Made by a program: the position numbers and the translations under genes. A stretch of 64,000 nt of DNA. Origin: Chrysomallon squamiferum (lineage: Eukaryota; Animalia; Mollusca). A model generated the notes under the pieces. It worked only from the letters and a program-made list of their open reading frames with translations. It made no database searches and was not told the DNA's origin. The stretch spans positions 33,108,001 to 33,172,000 of the forward strand of contig CM022665.1 of assembly GCA_012295275.1 (NCBI GenBank). The letters run 5' to 3'. This document shows, in pieces, positions 29,801 through 38,090 of the stretch (positions are counted from its first letter, which is position 1; the number at the start of each line of letters is the position of its first letter).

Positions 29801-32800
29801 ATATTTGTTTTAAATGTGTTAATAATAATAATTAATGACAAAAATAACATTTTATAGTATTGTTGAAAGCAATCAGTTTTCATAATGTGAAAAATATTGG
29901 TGTGAAATTTAAAAAAAAAAAAAAAAGGGCATATAAACAAAATGCAAGTATTTCATACCATGCTGATTGATAATAAACATCAAACTTTTACTTTTGTTGA
30001 CCCATTTGTTTCATCATAAGCTCTCACTGACAGAGAATGTAACAGTTTATAAAACTATTAATAATGCCATCACTGATGGGATGATTGTGTGTTAACTTTT
30101 TTTTGGTTAAAGTGTCTGATGTGCAATAAGTCTGTTCACAAATAGAAATTATTATAGAATTAGATGGGACAGATGCTTCAAACCAAAGTAGTGTTTTTTT
30201 CATTAAAATGAAGGTTCATAATATTCAGTACTGATGAGAAGATGTAGTAAATGGCATGCCAGAGAAACCCAAAAGACACATAAATTTAGAAAAACAAGGG
30301 AAAAACAAAAACCATAATGAGTAAAATAAAAAGCTATAATAATTTATGTATTGTGTCATGTTGTTTCTAGTCATATGTATATGTAAAGTATGTAATAATT
30401 ATTTATGTAATAGTTAAAGATAAAACAATAAACACACCTTCACAGCTTGACAGTTATTTGAGTTAACACAATCTTTCCTCTGACACAATACTGGTGGCCA
30501 TGCTGTATAAATATAATACATGAACTTTGATGAAATGTTACAGATGAAAAACATTTGCAAGACATACAATAAGCAGTTTCTATTAGACATTTTCTGATAG
30601 ATGAATGAATAACAATATTCTGTCATTTGTAATTATTTTCATTTCCATTAAAAGAGATGAAGAACCATTATGTTATTTAATATAAGATTAAAAACTCTGT
30701 TATGATGATTTCTAATGTAGCTCAACAGATTTTGTATTTAAAATATTAACTGAATAATATTTGAAATATCATTTAGTTTTTTAAACAAAAAAATGGTGAG
30801 TAAAATTTACTTGCTTTTAACAATTTTGGTAAAATAGTTAAATTACACTTTTCTTAAAATTAAAAAAAATAATCATAGTAAGGCCAAACAAAAAAAAAAT
30901 AAAAAAAATAAAGAAATTAAAGAAAATATCTGCTATAATTAAAACAACTGTCATTATGAGCAATATATAAATCAAGAAAACAGGGAAATAATAATAGTTT
31001 TGAACATTTTATCAGTTTACACATTTCTTACCAGTAAATTCCTTTCCTGATTAGCAACAACAAAAAAATAAAACATAAAAATTAGCATAATCTACTTTTT
31101 CTCCTTAATTCCATGTGATTTTTCAAATGTTAATCAACTGGTATGTCAAAATTATAATTATTCTTTTTAAATTTGTAAAAGAATAAAATGAACATGTTAT
31201 TATGAAAATGTTTCAAGCCAGATATTTTTAGCATGCTCTTAAATGTGAACTTATTTCCAACAAATATATATGTAGGTATATTTTGATAGACATTTATTCA
31301 ATACCAGGTCTTTATGTTCTTTATGTACAAATGGTCCTAAACCTGAATGGCCTGAATAATCAAAGGAGACTTCTTTATTTATGATAACCTTGTTTTAATT
31401 TTAAATAAAATTTAAAAAAAACAATATTTGTTCTTGTCATTATGTTATTATTATGTACCCTGAGGCCTGTTACATATTTTTTGTATGTTAAGGAAAACAT
31501 GTGTAACTGACCAAATACAGATTGTATAAAAAAAAACACTGAGTTTTAAATGGTCTTTTTTCTTTAAATAAACCCATCTATATCCATCACTGTTTATAGT
31601 AAATCTGTAAACATACTCTTTATCTATTTAAAAAAAAAAAAAAAAATGTTTATTTTGAAAAGACGAAACTGTAACTTACAGCATGTAAATAGCTTTTGTT
31701 TCAACGAAATTAACTGACAACAACACAGATAATCAGTCTCATGTATCTATGAAATAGCAGCAAAGGAAAACATTTATATCATTCACATATTTGATTAACT
31801 TTACTGTACAAATTATTTGAAAATACATAAAATGTGTTTAAGCTATTTTTGTTCATACTAAATGAAATAAAATTAAAGTGTCTTACCACAGTATTTATAA
31901 TGAATGCCACGACGATCACTGAGACTTGGGTTTAACTGAGGCCAGTAATAAAATAAGAGATGAGCAGCAGGAGATCTAGCACCTGGTGGACCATATGCTA
32001 TAATACTTAGCACATCCTATAAGTGGTAACATACAATCATAATTTTACATAATACATCACTTTGTATTCCTATGTAATGCATATATCAATACAGCTTTGC
32101 AAACAGTAAAATAAAGGTAGTCTAAATTACTAATATTAACATGTAAACTATATTAGATATATACTGCCCATTAAATCTTAAAAATGTATTTCACTCATTT
32201 AAATAAACTGAAAGTATGTTCTGTCAAAATGTACATAAACCACACTATTACAACATACCTTCACAATATCTTTCTTCATACTCATTAATGTTTCAAGTAT
32301 CTGAGAATGAAATGCTGAAATATTAAAGAAAGCAATAAATCATTATTATAAAGCAGTATCTGAAAAATAATATTATCCTGTAACTCAAATTCACTGATAT
32401 TTATTCCATTTAAAAAAAAAAAATTGAAAAAGACTTTATAATATGTGATGCAAGACAGAGTTTGTTTTATTTGTTATAGAATTTAAAAACAGATTAGTTA
32501 TGTCTGATTACTTAAACATATTTCTAATAAAATGAATACAGAGATAAAAAAAAAGCCAGTGTTTAAAAAAAAAAAGATTGTAAGACAGATGGGAAGTACA
32601 AAATACAAAGATTCTAAACGATGATCTCATTTATTATATAATTAAAAAAAAAAAATATTGTTTTCAAAATCCTAGTTGCATATCAAAATTCAGCTTCATT
32701 TTGTATTAACAAGCAAAGTAAAATATTTATAACTGAATCAAAATGTACATTAGAAATCTATTTAGATGATAAATACCTCCATTCTCTGTATGCTGAAATA

Positions 32801-35800
32801 CCAATGTAATGATTGCTGCGGCTGACTCACTAGCATATGTTGGTTCAGTGCATCCATCATATCCTCAGATAATAATAAATGGTACTAATTAGTCACTTTA
32901 AAACAATATATATTGTGGAAAAGTAGCCAGACACATCAGTGCAAAATGTTTCAGTAATTTTATGATAATTATTAAAACAAGCTGAAAAATTAATAATAAT
33001 ACAAGATTAGTATGATGCTGAATCTTTCTTAGTAAAATAACCCAGTTTGTTGGTTTATTTTTAAATTTTAACTCCACCTGCTAAATGTTTTCTGTAATTT
33101 GGAAGGTTTGTTGCTTATGTATGGGAAATTTGAAAAGCAAAATATTTTTTACTATTGGATGAATGGCTAAGGAAACATCACATTACAAAATCTGAATTTT
33201 TATTGAAAAATTAGTGACAGGACCTATCTTCAGACCCTTGTACTTTGGCAACCTATGGGTCAAATCAAATTAAAAAAACTTTTTCAAAATTTAAATGTTT
33301 ATTACCTAATGTCATTGGCAGGAGTCGAGTGCACAGCAGATCAATGGTATCTTTGTGTAGAGTTGGTGGGAAGATGGCCAGGGTGGATGCTACTGTGTAT
33401 GGCAATGAATCCAGCAGATCATGCTCCAGAAAAGGAACAAGCCAACCAAGAACATTTAAAACTGCCTCTCCAACATTCAGAGCTAACAAATAAAAAAAAC
33501 TTTTTAAAAAATCAGGTTATTTTATTTTATCTTTACAATTTTGTTCTGATTTCATTATTTTGCAATTAAAGTGCTTTAAAATTAATTACTCGTTTTTATA
33601 GAAACCATTTACTTGTATACTTATCTGCTACTTAACTGTTAATACAGCAAGCATGAATTGTTTTCTGAAAAGAATTAAGTCTATAATTCATAGTCTGAAA
33701 CATCCTGGATATATTTTTCTTTAAAACATTAAAATAGATGAATGGATATCAAATAAAAGAAATAAACATCTTTCTTCTCACAAAAAGATGAGCAAATAAT
33801 AGATTTACCTTGAGTTGGTTCAATCTGTGACATGGGAAACAGATCAATGATGTTCATTACAGAGTGATACAAACCACAGTAGTTGAGATTTGGAAAAACG
33901 GACAGTCTAACACTGTCACGTTGGCGTGGTCCATAACTCTCAGCAGGAATGTTTGGAACATCCTTTAACACACTAGATTATGAATAATAAATTAATTTTG
34001 TAAACAAAAACTATTTTAAAAATAAAGTATTTATACTGGAATAAAACAAGCATGCTGGTATTTAAGTTTCTTTTAAACAGTACCATACTTTTTTAATATA
34101 CGCTAATGATATTAATATTATTTAAATTAATTAAAAATCCAGCTCCGATATAGTTATCAGTTAGAATAACTTAGTCTCTTACTTGAGGAGAGTTGTTGAA
34201 AAATATTTCAGGGTATTGGCAATATCTGCTCCTGTTGGAAATGGAGTCAAATTATTTGCTATACGATAGTGATAATCTTTCAAGTTTCGAATCTTGGATG
34301 TAACTGAAATTAATAATGGTTAACAAATAATTATTGTCAATCATAAATGTAAACAGCAATGTTTAAGAAGGTTAAACATATTTTTGTAAGTTCTAATCAG
34401 ATGTTAATTTAAAGATATCTGTATTTCTGTTTGAAATTGTTAAAAATGTATATATTCAAGTGTTATAAAATGTTTCTATCTTTTATATGCATATATTTTT
34501 TCTACATTTTGTCTTCACATATTATTATCCCACCCCAGATTACATTTTTATTTAACTGTTTAGTAAGCATTTGAGACCATATCTGATTTTAACTTACAAT
34601 ATTTAAGAACACATTTTATACTGAAATGTCAGTTTAAAATAAAAAATAAATAAAAGAGAAAAACAAACAAAGTCAGTAATTTCTCTGACATGATATTACA
34701 ATGCATCAGTGACACAATTTGACTGGATGTCAGTTGTTAAGCTTCCAGTTATCACTGGATGTTTGTAATGCAATCTTTAATTTTGTTACTGCATTGTGAT
34801 ATTACACTATTCTAATTAAGAGAGTTGAGAAAAATCAAAGAAAATGTTAAGTTAGATGTCCAACTGTTGTAAGTCAGACATAATGAATAAACAAACATGA
34901 ACAATAGCAGTCAATACATAGGTTTCCTGTGACGGAACTCAATTACCAACAATCTTACTGTCAGCGATGTTGTGTGGCATTATTCTGATAAACCTTCGTA
35001 TTCACAGTATTGTATGAAAGTAATTGAATGAGTTGATTATATCACATACTTCACAACAGCTTGCTCTTATTAGCACATTCGTTTTTTCACTCACTTGCCC
35101 ACTCAATTATACCTGTATTTAAGCATCAAAGTATGGTTAACACTTGTGTAGTTTGGGTAGAACGAATCATTCAAGCAGAGGAGATAAACAAAAATTAACA
35201 TTACTATGATATCCCAAAGGTAATTAAACAGCAAGGAAACCAAACTCAGAAGATTCCAAGTAACAGAACACTACTGTGGTTTTCTGGAATAAACTGAGCA
35301 AACTTTAACCTGGATTGAACCAAACATAATTTTAAAATTTGTTTGGATCACTTTATAACAGGTAATTAAATCAATTTACTAATAACACATTTTTTTTTTT
35401 TTAACTTTCACTGTTAATATACATATTAATCACTCAATTACTGGTAATTAATTTTATTAGTAGTCTGCTAATACCAAAATTAATAATTATTTATATTTAA
35501 TTAATGTAGAATAAGAATAAATGAGTAAACTAAATAAATTTCAATATGAAGGTAAAATATTAATATTTGTTTTATGGAAGACTTAAAATTACATATGGTT
35601 GTGATTGTATAAAATGTAGAGTCACACCATTTGAAGTTCCCCACTAGTTACCACTAGTCTTTAATTTGTATGGAGTAAGTACATGTTATTTATTATTTCA
35701 AACAAATTAACATTGACATTTATTACTAAATCATTAATAATGTTGATAAATACACTTAATATGATTATTGCTGAAGTGTAAGCAGAACATCTTTGGGGTA

Positions 35801-36422
35801 AGATGGAATTAGTCCACCAGATACCAACTTTTGTATTTGATGGATTAATCTTAGGATATCAGAAAAACCTGCATGATGAGTTCAATGGGTTTATTCTGAA
35901 TATTCATTTATAGTTAACTGCAATCAATTGCAACTGCAAACAAAAAGCTGTGCTTGATGGTTTAATCGTAAAATATTTGATCTCTGATATTACGAGCCCC
36001 AGTATGCATTTAATAACTGAAATAGTATTTAATCAAACCATGTATTAAATGCAATTCACCCCAAAAAATATTTTTTAAAAAGAAAAGATATACTGGCATA
36101 AACAATCTCAGAAACTTTTAAATATAATTTTTGCCATCTGAAATGGCACTTAAAAGACACATCACAACATTCATAATATTTGAGTGAATTCAGGTTATTA
36201 GCTTTGCTTTATTAATTTTATTTAGATACGTTGCCTCTTCTTAATAAGATATTTATCAATTAATCTATTGTAAAATTATAAACATTGTTAAAAAATTTAT
36301 TCTGCTATCTATTCCAAAGATAAGCCTGTATAAAAACTTAATAACAACAGAAACATAATTCTAAATTATCGTGATTTTACAGTATGAAATAAGGACTTAC
36401 ATGTTGCAGCTCTTGTAGCCAT
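184..36422 (-). CDS. unc79: unc-79 homolog (NALCN/UNC80 channelosome subunit), multi-exon, 3' end beyond left edge of window
   Basis: Spliced translation begins MATRAATFTSKIRNLKDYHYRIANNLTPFPTGADIANTLKYFSTTLL, matching the UNC79 N-terminus (IANTLKYFSQTLL). Further hallmark blocks: LPYTVASTLAIFPP, PPPLYICGDC, GNRPIRYC, LLSRYGIWLLV, WLEAIRTE, FDIDMCPLPF, EFQFDSVINDR, ARQFLRC. All 38 exons have GT-AG ends and consistent cumulative phase. Confidence 0.96.
547..585 (-). CDS. unc79: unc-79 exon 37
   Basis: IASSSQYSWQTE. Confidence 0.88.
760..996 (-). CDS. unc79: unc-79 exon 36
   Basis: CTECGVVLEQYDDDTIGLAITVLATFIHREPALATPMLLD. Confidence 0.93.
1408..1576 (-). CDS. unc79: unc-79 exon 35
   Basis: DDSTYSNSRQVLKPNFRQRKSRKTG...RHSG; AAG acceptor. 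Confidence 0.8.
1891..2251 (-). CDS. unc79: unc-79 exon 34 (Ser/acidic linker)
   Basis: KSSEPERIHVDFS...GDGANEDSR; CAG/GTAAG. Confidence 0.85.
2469..2815 (-). CDS. unc79: unc-79 exon 33 (disordered linker)
   Basis: PSKMSANDLENIQETDTPPQSP...IELSE; phase-compatible. Confidence 0.82.
3242..3383 (-). CDS. unc79: unc-79 exon 32
   Basis: YQISTSPVSAIIQTLVQLVVNTIDAQNHKCK. Confidence 0.9.
3635..3817 (-). CDS. unc79: unc-79 exon 31
   Basis: VLDCNFQLG...YTLWYLEPHTRLSWLQTLLVILYK. Confidence 0.92.
4058..4100 (-). CDS. unc79: unc-79 exon 30
   Basis: SSAVFNAFLSGVSF. Confidence 0.88.
4540..4622 (-). CDS. unc79: unc-79 exon 29
   Basis: SIVLRHLNVLLGYNQTEKSFSVPPYKLR. Confidence 0.9.
4782..4844 (-). CDS. 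unc79: unc-79 exon 28
   Basis: FMVNVKEDDEISEEKEEKKTQ. Confidence 0.87.
5007..5128 (-). CDS. unc79: unc-79 exon 27
   Basis: GQLKEFTDEESNFTALLQRAMDLDGVDRDTVYLLVALLMK. Confidence 0.9.
6084..6194 (-). CDS. unc79: unc-79 exon 26
   Basis: IDTEKSCIRQQSAPQFTLGRRMGSKL. Confidence 0.85.
7306..7488 (-). CDS. unc79: unc-79 exon 25
   Basis: DLTSSDRQSEHFLRKLNRARFALARTDSVRSLS...YRRAVSVP. Confidence 0.85.
8055..8099 (-). CDS. unc79: probable unc-79 cassette exon (45 nt, phase 1-1)
   Basis: gttttcag|...|GTATGT, open in frame: DIDCVEKQSDSRVTS. Confidence 0.55.
9090..12120 (-). mobile_element. Decayed Gypsy-type LTR retrotransposon (boundaries approximate)
   Basis: Integrase Zn-finger/core relic FYWKEMFADVSKHCMSCHICQ...VLIDVMRPLLK...FLLTI...FPKATPL (9903-10286); protease DTGCSLS near 10893-10910; degenerate tRNA-Pro-like PBS near 11329-11352; many stops and frameshifts. 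Confidence 0.8.
12998..13199 (-). CDS. unc79: unc-79 exon 24
   Basis: CLCQCLEFQFDSVINDR...FFLNRFDTLSLEAQ; weak GTTTTT donor. Confidence 0.88.
13646..13827 (-). CDS. unc79: unc-79 exon 23
   Basis: VEKVTVLARYLD...AFCHLIGSVEDINAAVAQKA. Confidence 0.92.
15389..15546 (-). CDS. unc79: unc-79 exon 22
   Basis: LWKLLQAEHSQLATISVPLLLHVITLPSGADILW...WKDRFAA. Confidence 0.93.
15960..16108 (-). CDS. unc79: unc-79 exon 21
   Basis: DVDALFSLLTSMKYLILHGECLN. Confidence 0.9.
16331..17038 (+). mobile_element. MULE/Mutator DNA transposon remnant with imperfect TIRs
   Basis: YPLVYMLLPN and QIDFEKTVINIAREV...GCFSQYAQALWRKIQHAG fit the MULE transposase DFE...GC.FH..QA.WRKIQ pattern; ends tgatca..ttcccac..cttgatc and gatcaagtgggaaaacactgatca are imperfectly inverted. 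Confidence 0.8.
17131..17231 (-). CDS. unc79: unc-79 exon 20
   Basis: EFDVMTMPVYLQLFDMLLK. Confidence 0.87.
17376..17661 (-). CDS. unc79: unc-79 exon 19
   Basis: MELQESPKHLGI...CVFCQNIALWHQLASQLMERISP. Confidence 0.9.
18706..18987 (-). CDS. unc79: unc-79 exon 18
   Basis: ILSGLDIIIPMHLLLKIFKNGV...LDICLKQ. Confidence 0.9.
19540..19770. repeat. Dispersed repeat copy A (diverged direct copy of 21170-21535)
   Basis: Shared blocks ttgatctgaaag, tttttcaaa..aacaaa.gag.gcatg.acac, atgtatttgaatt.t.aacaa..aca.agtg...tagagtacca. Confidence 0.6.
19973..20096 (-). CDS. unc79: unc-79 exon 17
   Basis: KSFDIDMCPLPFTLDKMYHFVSDRF...QEQALQWLQ. Confidence 0.93.
20424..20512 (-). CDS. unc79: unc-79 exon 16
   Basis: IWDYVMPYWLEAIRTEIPEADLHELKVLL. 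Confidence 0.93.
21170..21535. repeat. Dispersed repeat copy B (diverged direct copy of 19540-19770)
   Basis: Same blocks in the same order as copy A, with indels. Confidence 0.6.
21719..21806 (-). CDS. unc79: unc-79 exon 15
   Basis: DTLATRTTQIKEGLNCFFCLVPYDIITFE. Confidence 0.92.
24293..24396 (-). CDS. unc79: unc-79 exon 14
   Basis: YIYNWLQEVMKTHFEVAVSCLLPHPVEYSRIGGFW. Confidence 0.92.
24967..25004 (-). CDS. unc79: unc-79 exon 13
   Basis: DNVGNALERLKPE. Confidence 0.9.
25347..25413 (-). CDS. unc79: unc-79 exon 12
   Basis: EVLGRLLGMLFQWFDATAYLPD. Confidence 0.92.
25690..26430 (+). mobile_element. RTE-clade LINE reverse transcriptase fragment (3' part)
   Basis: Decayed motifs I.PKLFTITL, GLRIAGE...HFADDLLL, YMYLGKR, KWKWTYAEHI, WRDELD..WKGTIWQRTA. 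Confidence 0.75.
26980..27400 (+). mobile_element. LINE RT fragment (I/Jockey-like)
   Basis: VIAIFSD...KAFD..RNEGLLIRLLESGV, and VPLGSAFSSTLFLIND resembling GVPQGSVLSPTLF.IYIND. Confidence 0.7.
27727..28542 (+). mobile_element. Mariner (D,D34D) element, internally deleted, TA TSD
   Basis: TIR TTGGGTTGGCAACTAA / TTAGTTGCCAACCCAA flanked by TA; IVTGDKKW, MHDNARPH, YSPDLAPTDFHLF with exactly 34 aa between D2 and D3; in-frame TGA at 27947-27949; N-terminal HTH region missing (816 bp total). Confidence 0.95.
28678..28864 (-). CDS. unc79: unc-79 exon 11
   Basis: SLLKEAQP...RKLLSRYGIWLLVELCLPDEEDIPI. Confidence 0.92.
29018..29232 (-). CDS. unc79: unc-79 exon 10
   Basis: NCRSENNIAGCTCFSIECASFNGNRPIRYCRSCHEFRH. 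Confidence 0.93.
29519..29677 (-). CDS. unc79: unc-79 exon 9
   Basis: MCINPALAIQSGNTPPPLYICGDCAE...ICENK. Confidence 0.93.
30438..30502 (-). CDS. unc79: unc-79 exon 8
   Basis: AWPPVLCQRKDCVNSNNCQAVK. Confidence 0.9.
31887..32016 (-). CDS. unc79: unc-79 exon 7
   Basis: DVLSIIAYGPPGARSPAAHLLFYYWPQLNP. Confidence 0.93.
32259..32314 (-). CDS. unc79: unc-79 exon 6
   Basis: FHSQILETLMSMKKDIVK. Confidence 0.9.
32777..32863 (-). CDS. unc79: unc-79 exon 5
   Basis: GYDGCTEPTYASESAAAIITLVFQHTENG; GAG acceptor. Confidence 0.8.
33306..33482 (-). CDS. unc79: unc-79 exon 4
   Basis: LVPFLEHDLLDSLPYTVASTLAIFPPTLHKDTIDLLC. Confidence 0.93.
33809..33972 (-). CDS. unc79: unc-79 exon 3
   Basis: VLKDVPNIPAESYGPRQRDSVRLSVFPNLNYCGLY... 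Confidence 0.9.
34183..34303 (-). CDS. unc79: unc-79 exon 2
   Basis: FTSKIRNLKDYHYRIANNLTPFPTGADIANTLKYFSTTLL; CAG/GTAAG. Confidence 0.93.
35133..35361 (+). pseudogene. THAP zinc-finger relic (probably from an ISL2EU/PIF-Harbinger or P-like transposon)
   Basis: MVNTCVVW..NHSSRGDK..YYDIPKVIKQQGNQTQ...LWFSGIN*...FKICLDHFITG|gt fits the THAP pattern, with stops and frameshifts. Confidence 0.7.
36401..36422 (-). CDS. unc79: unc-79 coding exon 1 (start codon)
   Basis: ATG GCT ACA AGA GCT GCA ACA T|GTAAGT = MATRAAT; upstream AG acceptors imply non-coding 5' exon(s). Confidence 0.85.
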
Positions 36423-36957
36423 TTTTGTCTGCAATAAAGTCTCAGGCCTGACTAATATGTACCTAAATATAAAAAAAATTGCAGTTCACTATATGACATT
36501 TCTAACATATCATGTAAAAAAACTGTATAAATACCCTTCAGTGATGACCAACATACAAACTTAACTGAGGCATGAAATAAATATGTTTTGTATTATTTGT
36601 AATTTGTATTCAAAATTACCACTAAATATATATACAAAGTCATTTTACATGCGACTTTTAACAATACAAGTATAAAATATATCAAAGCAATAATAAAGTC
36701 TTATGTTATTTTAGCTCAGATTTCTTTTAACTTTTAAAATAAATGTTCAGTTTTCTTTGTATTTCTATTCCAGATATATCCATCTCCCCTCAGATACCAA
36801 TTTACATAAAAATTAATAATAATAATAATAACAACAACAACAATAATAAACAAACAAAAAATCCCAACAATAGTGCACATATCAGAATATATAAAAATCT
36901 GACATTTAGTAATATATTATTTTCTTTCTTTGAAGGTTTCAGTACATTGTAGTTACC

Positions 36958-37040
36958 TTTACTTGTTACAATTATTTTTACTTGTAGATACTGTCTTCAC
37001 CTGTAGATAGTATATTTACTTGTAGATGGTATCTTTACTT
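36958..37040. repeat. Degenerate ~19-bp minisatellite (tttacttgtagatagta-like, 4-5 units)
   Basis: Repeated tttacttgt/ttcacctgt + agat at about 19-bp spacing. Confidence 0.6.
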
Positions 37041-37520
37041 TAATTGCCACCATTTTAATCAATTGGTCCATTCATTTTGTTGATTGTTTGTTTTCTTCTT
37101 TTTGAGGCATCAAATTTTTTTAAAAAAAGTTTATAAAAGTGTACATTGCTTTATAATTATTTATTTTATTTTATTTGTTTTCATTTATTTTATTTTTTTT
37201 TCCCCTCCATGAATACAACAAACAAGTCAATTATCATTATTTCTATAAATTAGGATGGTTAAACTGCTGATCTGAGATCCATGACAGTTTATTAAAGGCA
37301 ATATATAACATATGCTTTGCTGTGTATGGAAATATAACATAAAAGATAGTTGAACATATCATTATTATTAAAGAAAATTTACAATTAACACATAACAATT
37401 ACTATTAAAATATTCTGAAATGTTTTTAAACATTCATTCATTTATTCTTTGACTGAATTTTTTTTTATCTTGTTTTTGCTGAAATATTTTTCATGTTAGT
37501 ACTAAAACTATCAAAATATA

Positions 37521-38090
37521 CCGTATATACTTGTGTACAAGGCGACCTTATGTATAAGTCGATGTGTATTTTAAGACCAAAAATTGCGGCATTTTAGGTA
37601 TTACTTGTGTACAAGTCGACTGTAGATTCCAGGCACCGTCACTATTTTTAGACCAGTGTGACAGTGCCATGAAGGCCTACATTGTACGCCTACTGTAACA
37701 TAACTTGCACGAACATACCATAATAACGTAAATGCACGTATTACATGAGCTATAGCCTAAATCATTGCAAGACGCCGTAAGGCATAACGCTGTACTGATG
37801 GTTGTCTCGCTTTAAAATGTATTTTTATGTCATTAAATGGAAGAATATCATGTTTTACATTCATATTTGGTTTTGTTATTTAATTTTTCAAAATCTTTTA
37901 TACGATAAAATTATATTTTTGAAAAGCTGAAAGACCGTGATTATTTTAGATGCATCCCATAGCAAAAAATAGTCAAAATGGCAACTCTTCAGCAACAGCT
38001 ACAAAAGCATTACCTATGTATAAGTTGACCCCCAAAATATTACCTTAATATAGTCTCCCAAAAATTCGACTTATACACAAGTATATACGG
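37521..38090. mobile_element. Tc1/mariner-superfamily (Tc2/pogo-type) MITE, 570 bp
   Basis: TIR CCGTATATACTTGTGTA.AAG.CGA / TCGACTTATACACAAGTATATACGG; TA TSD; subterminal tgtataagtcga repeats; no ORF. Confidence 0.9.
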
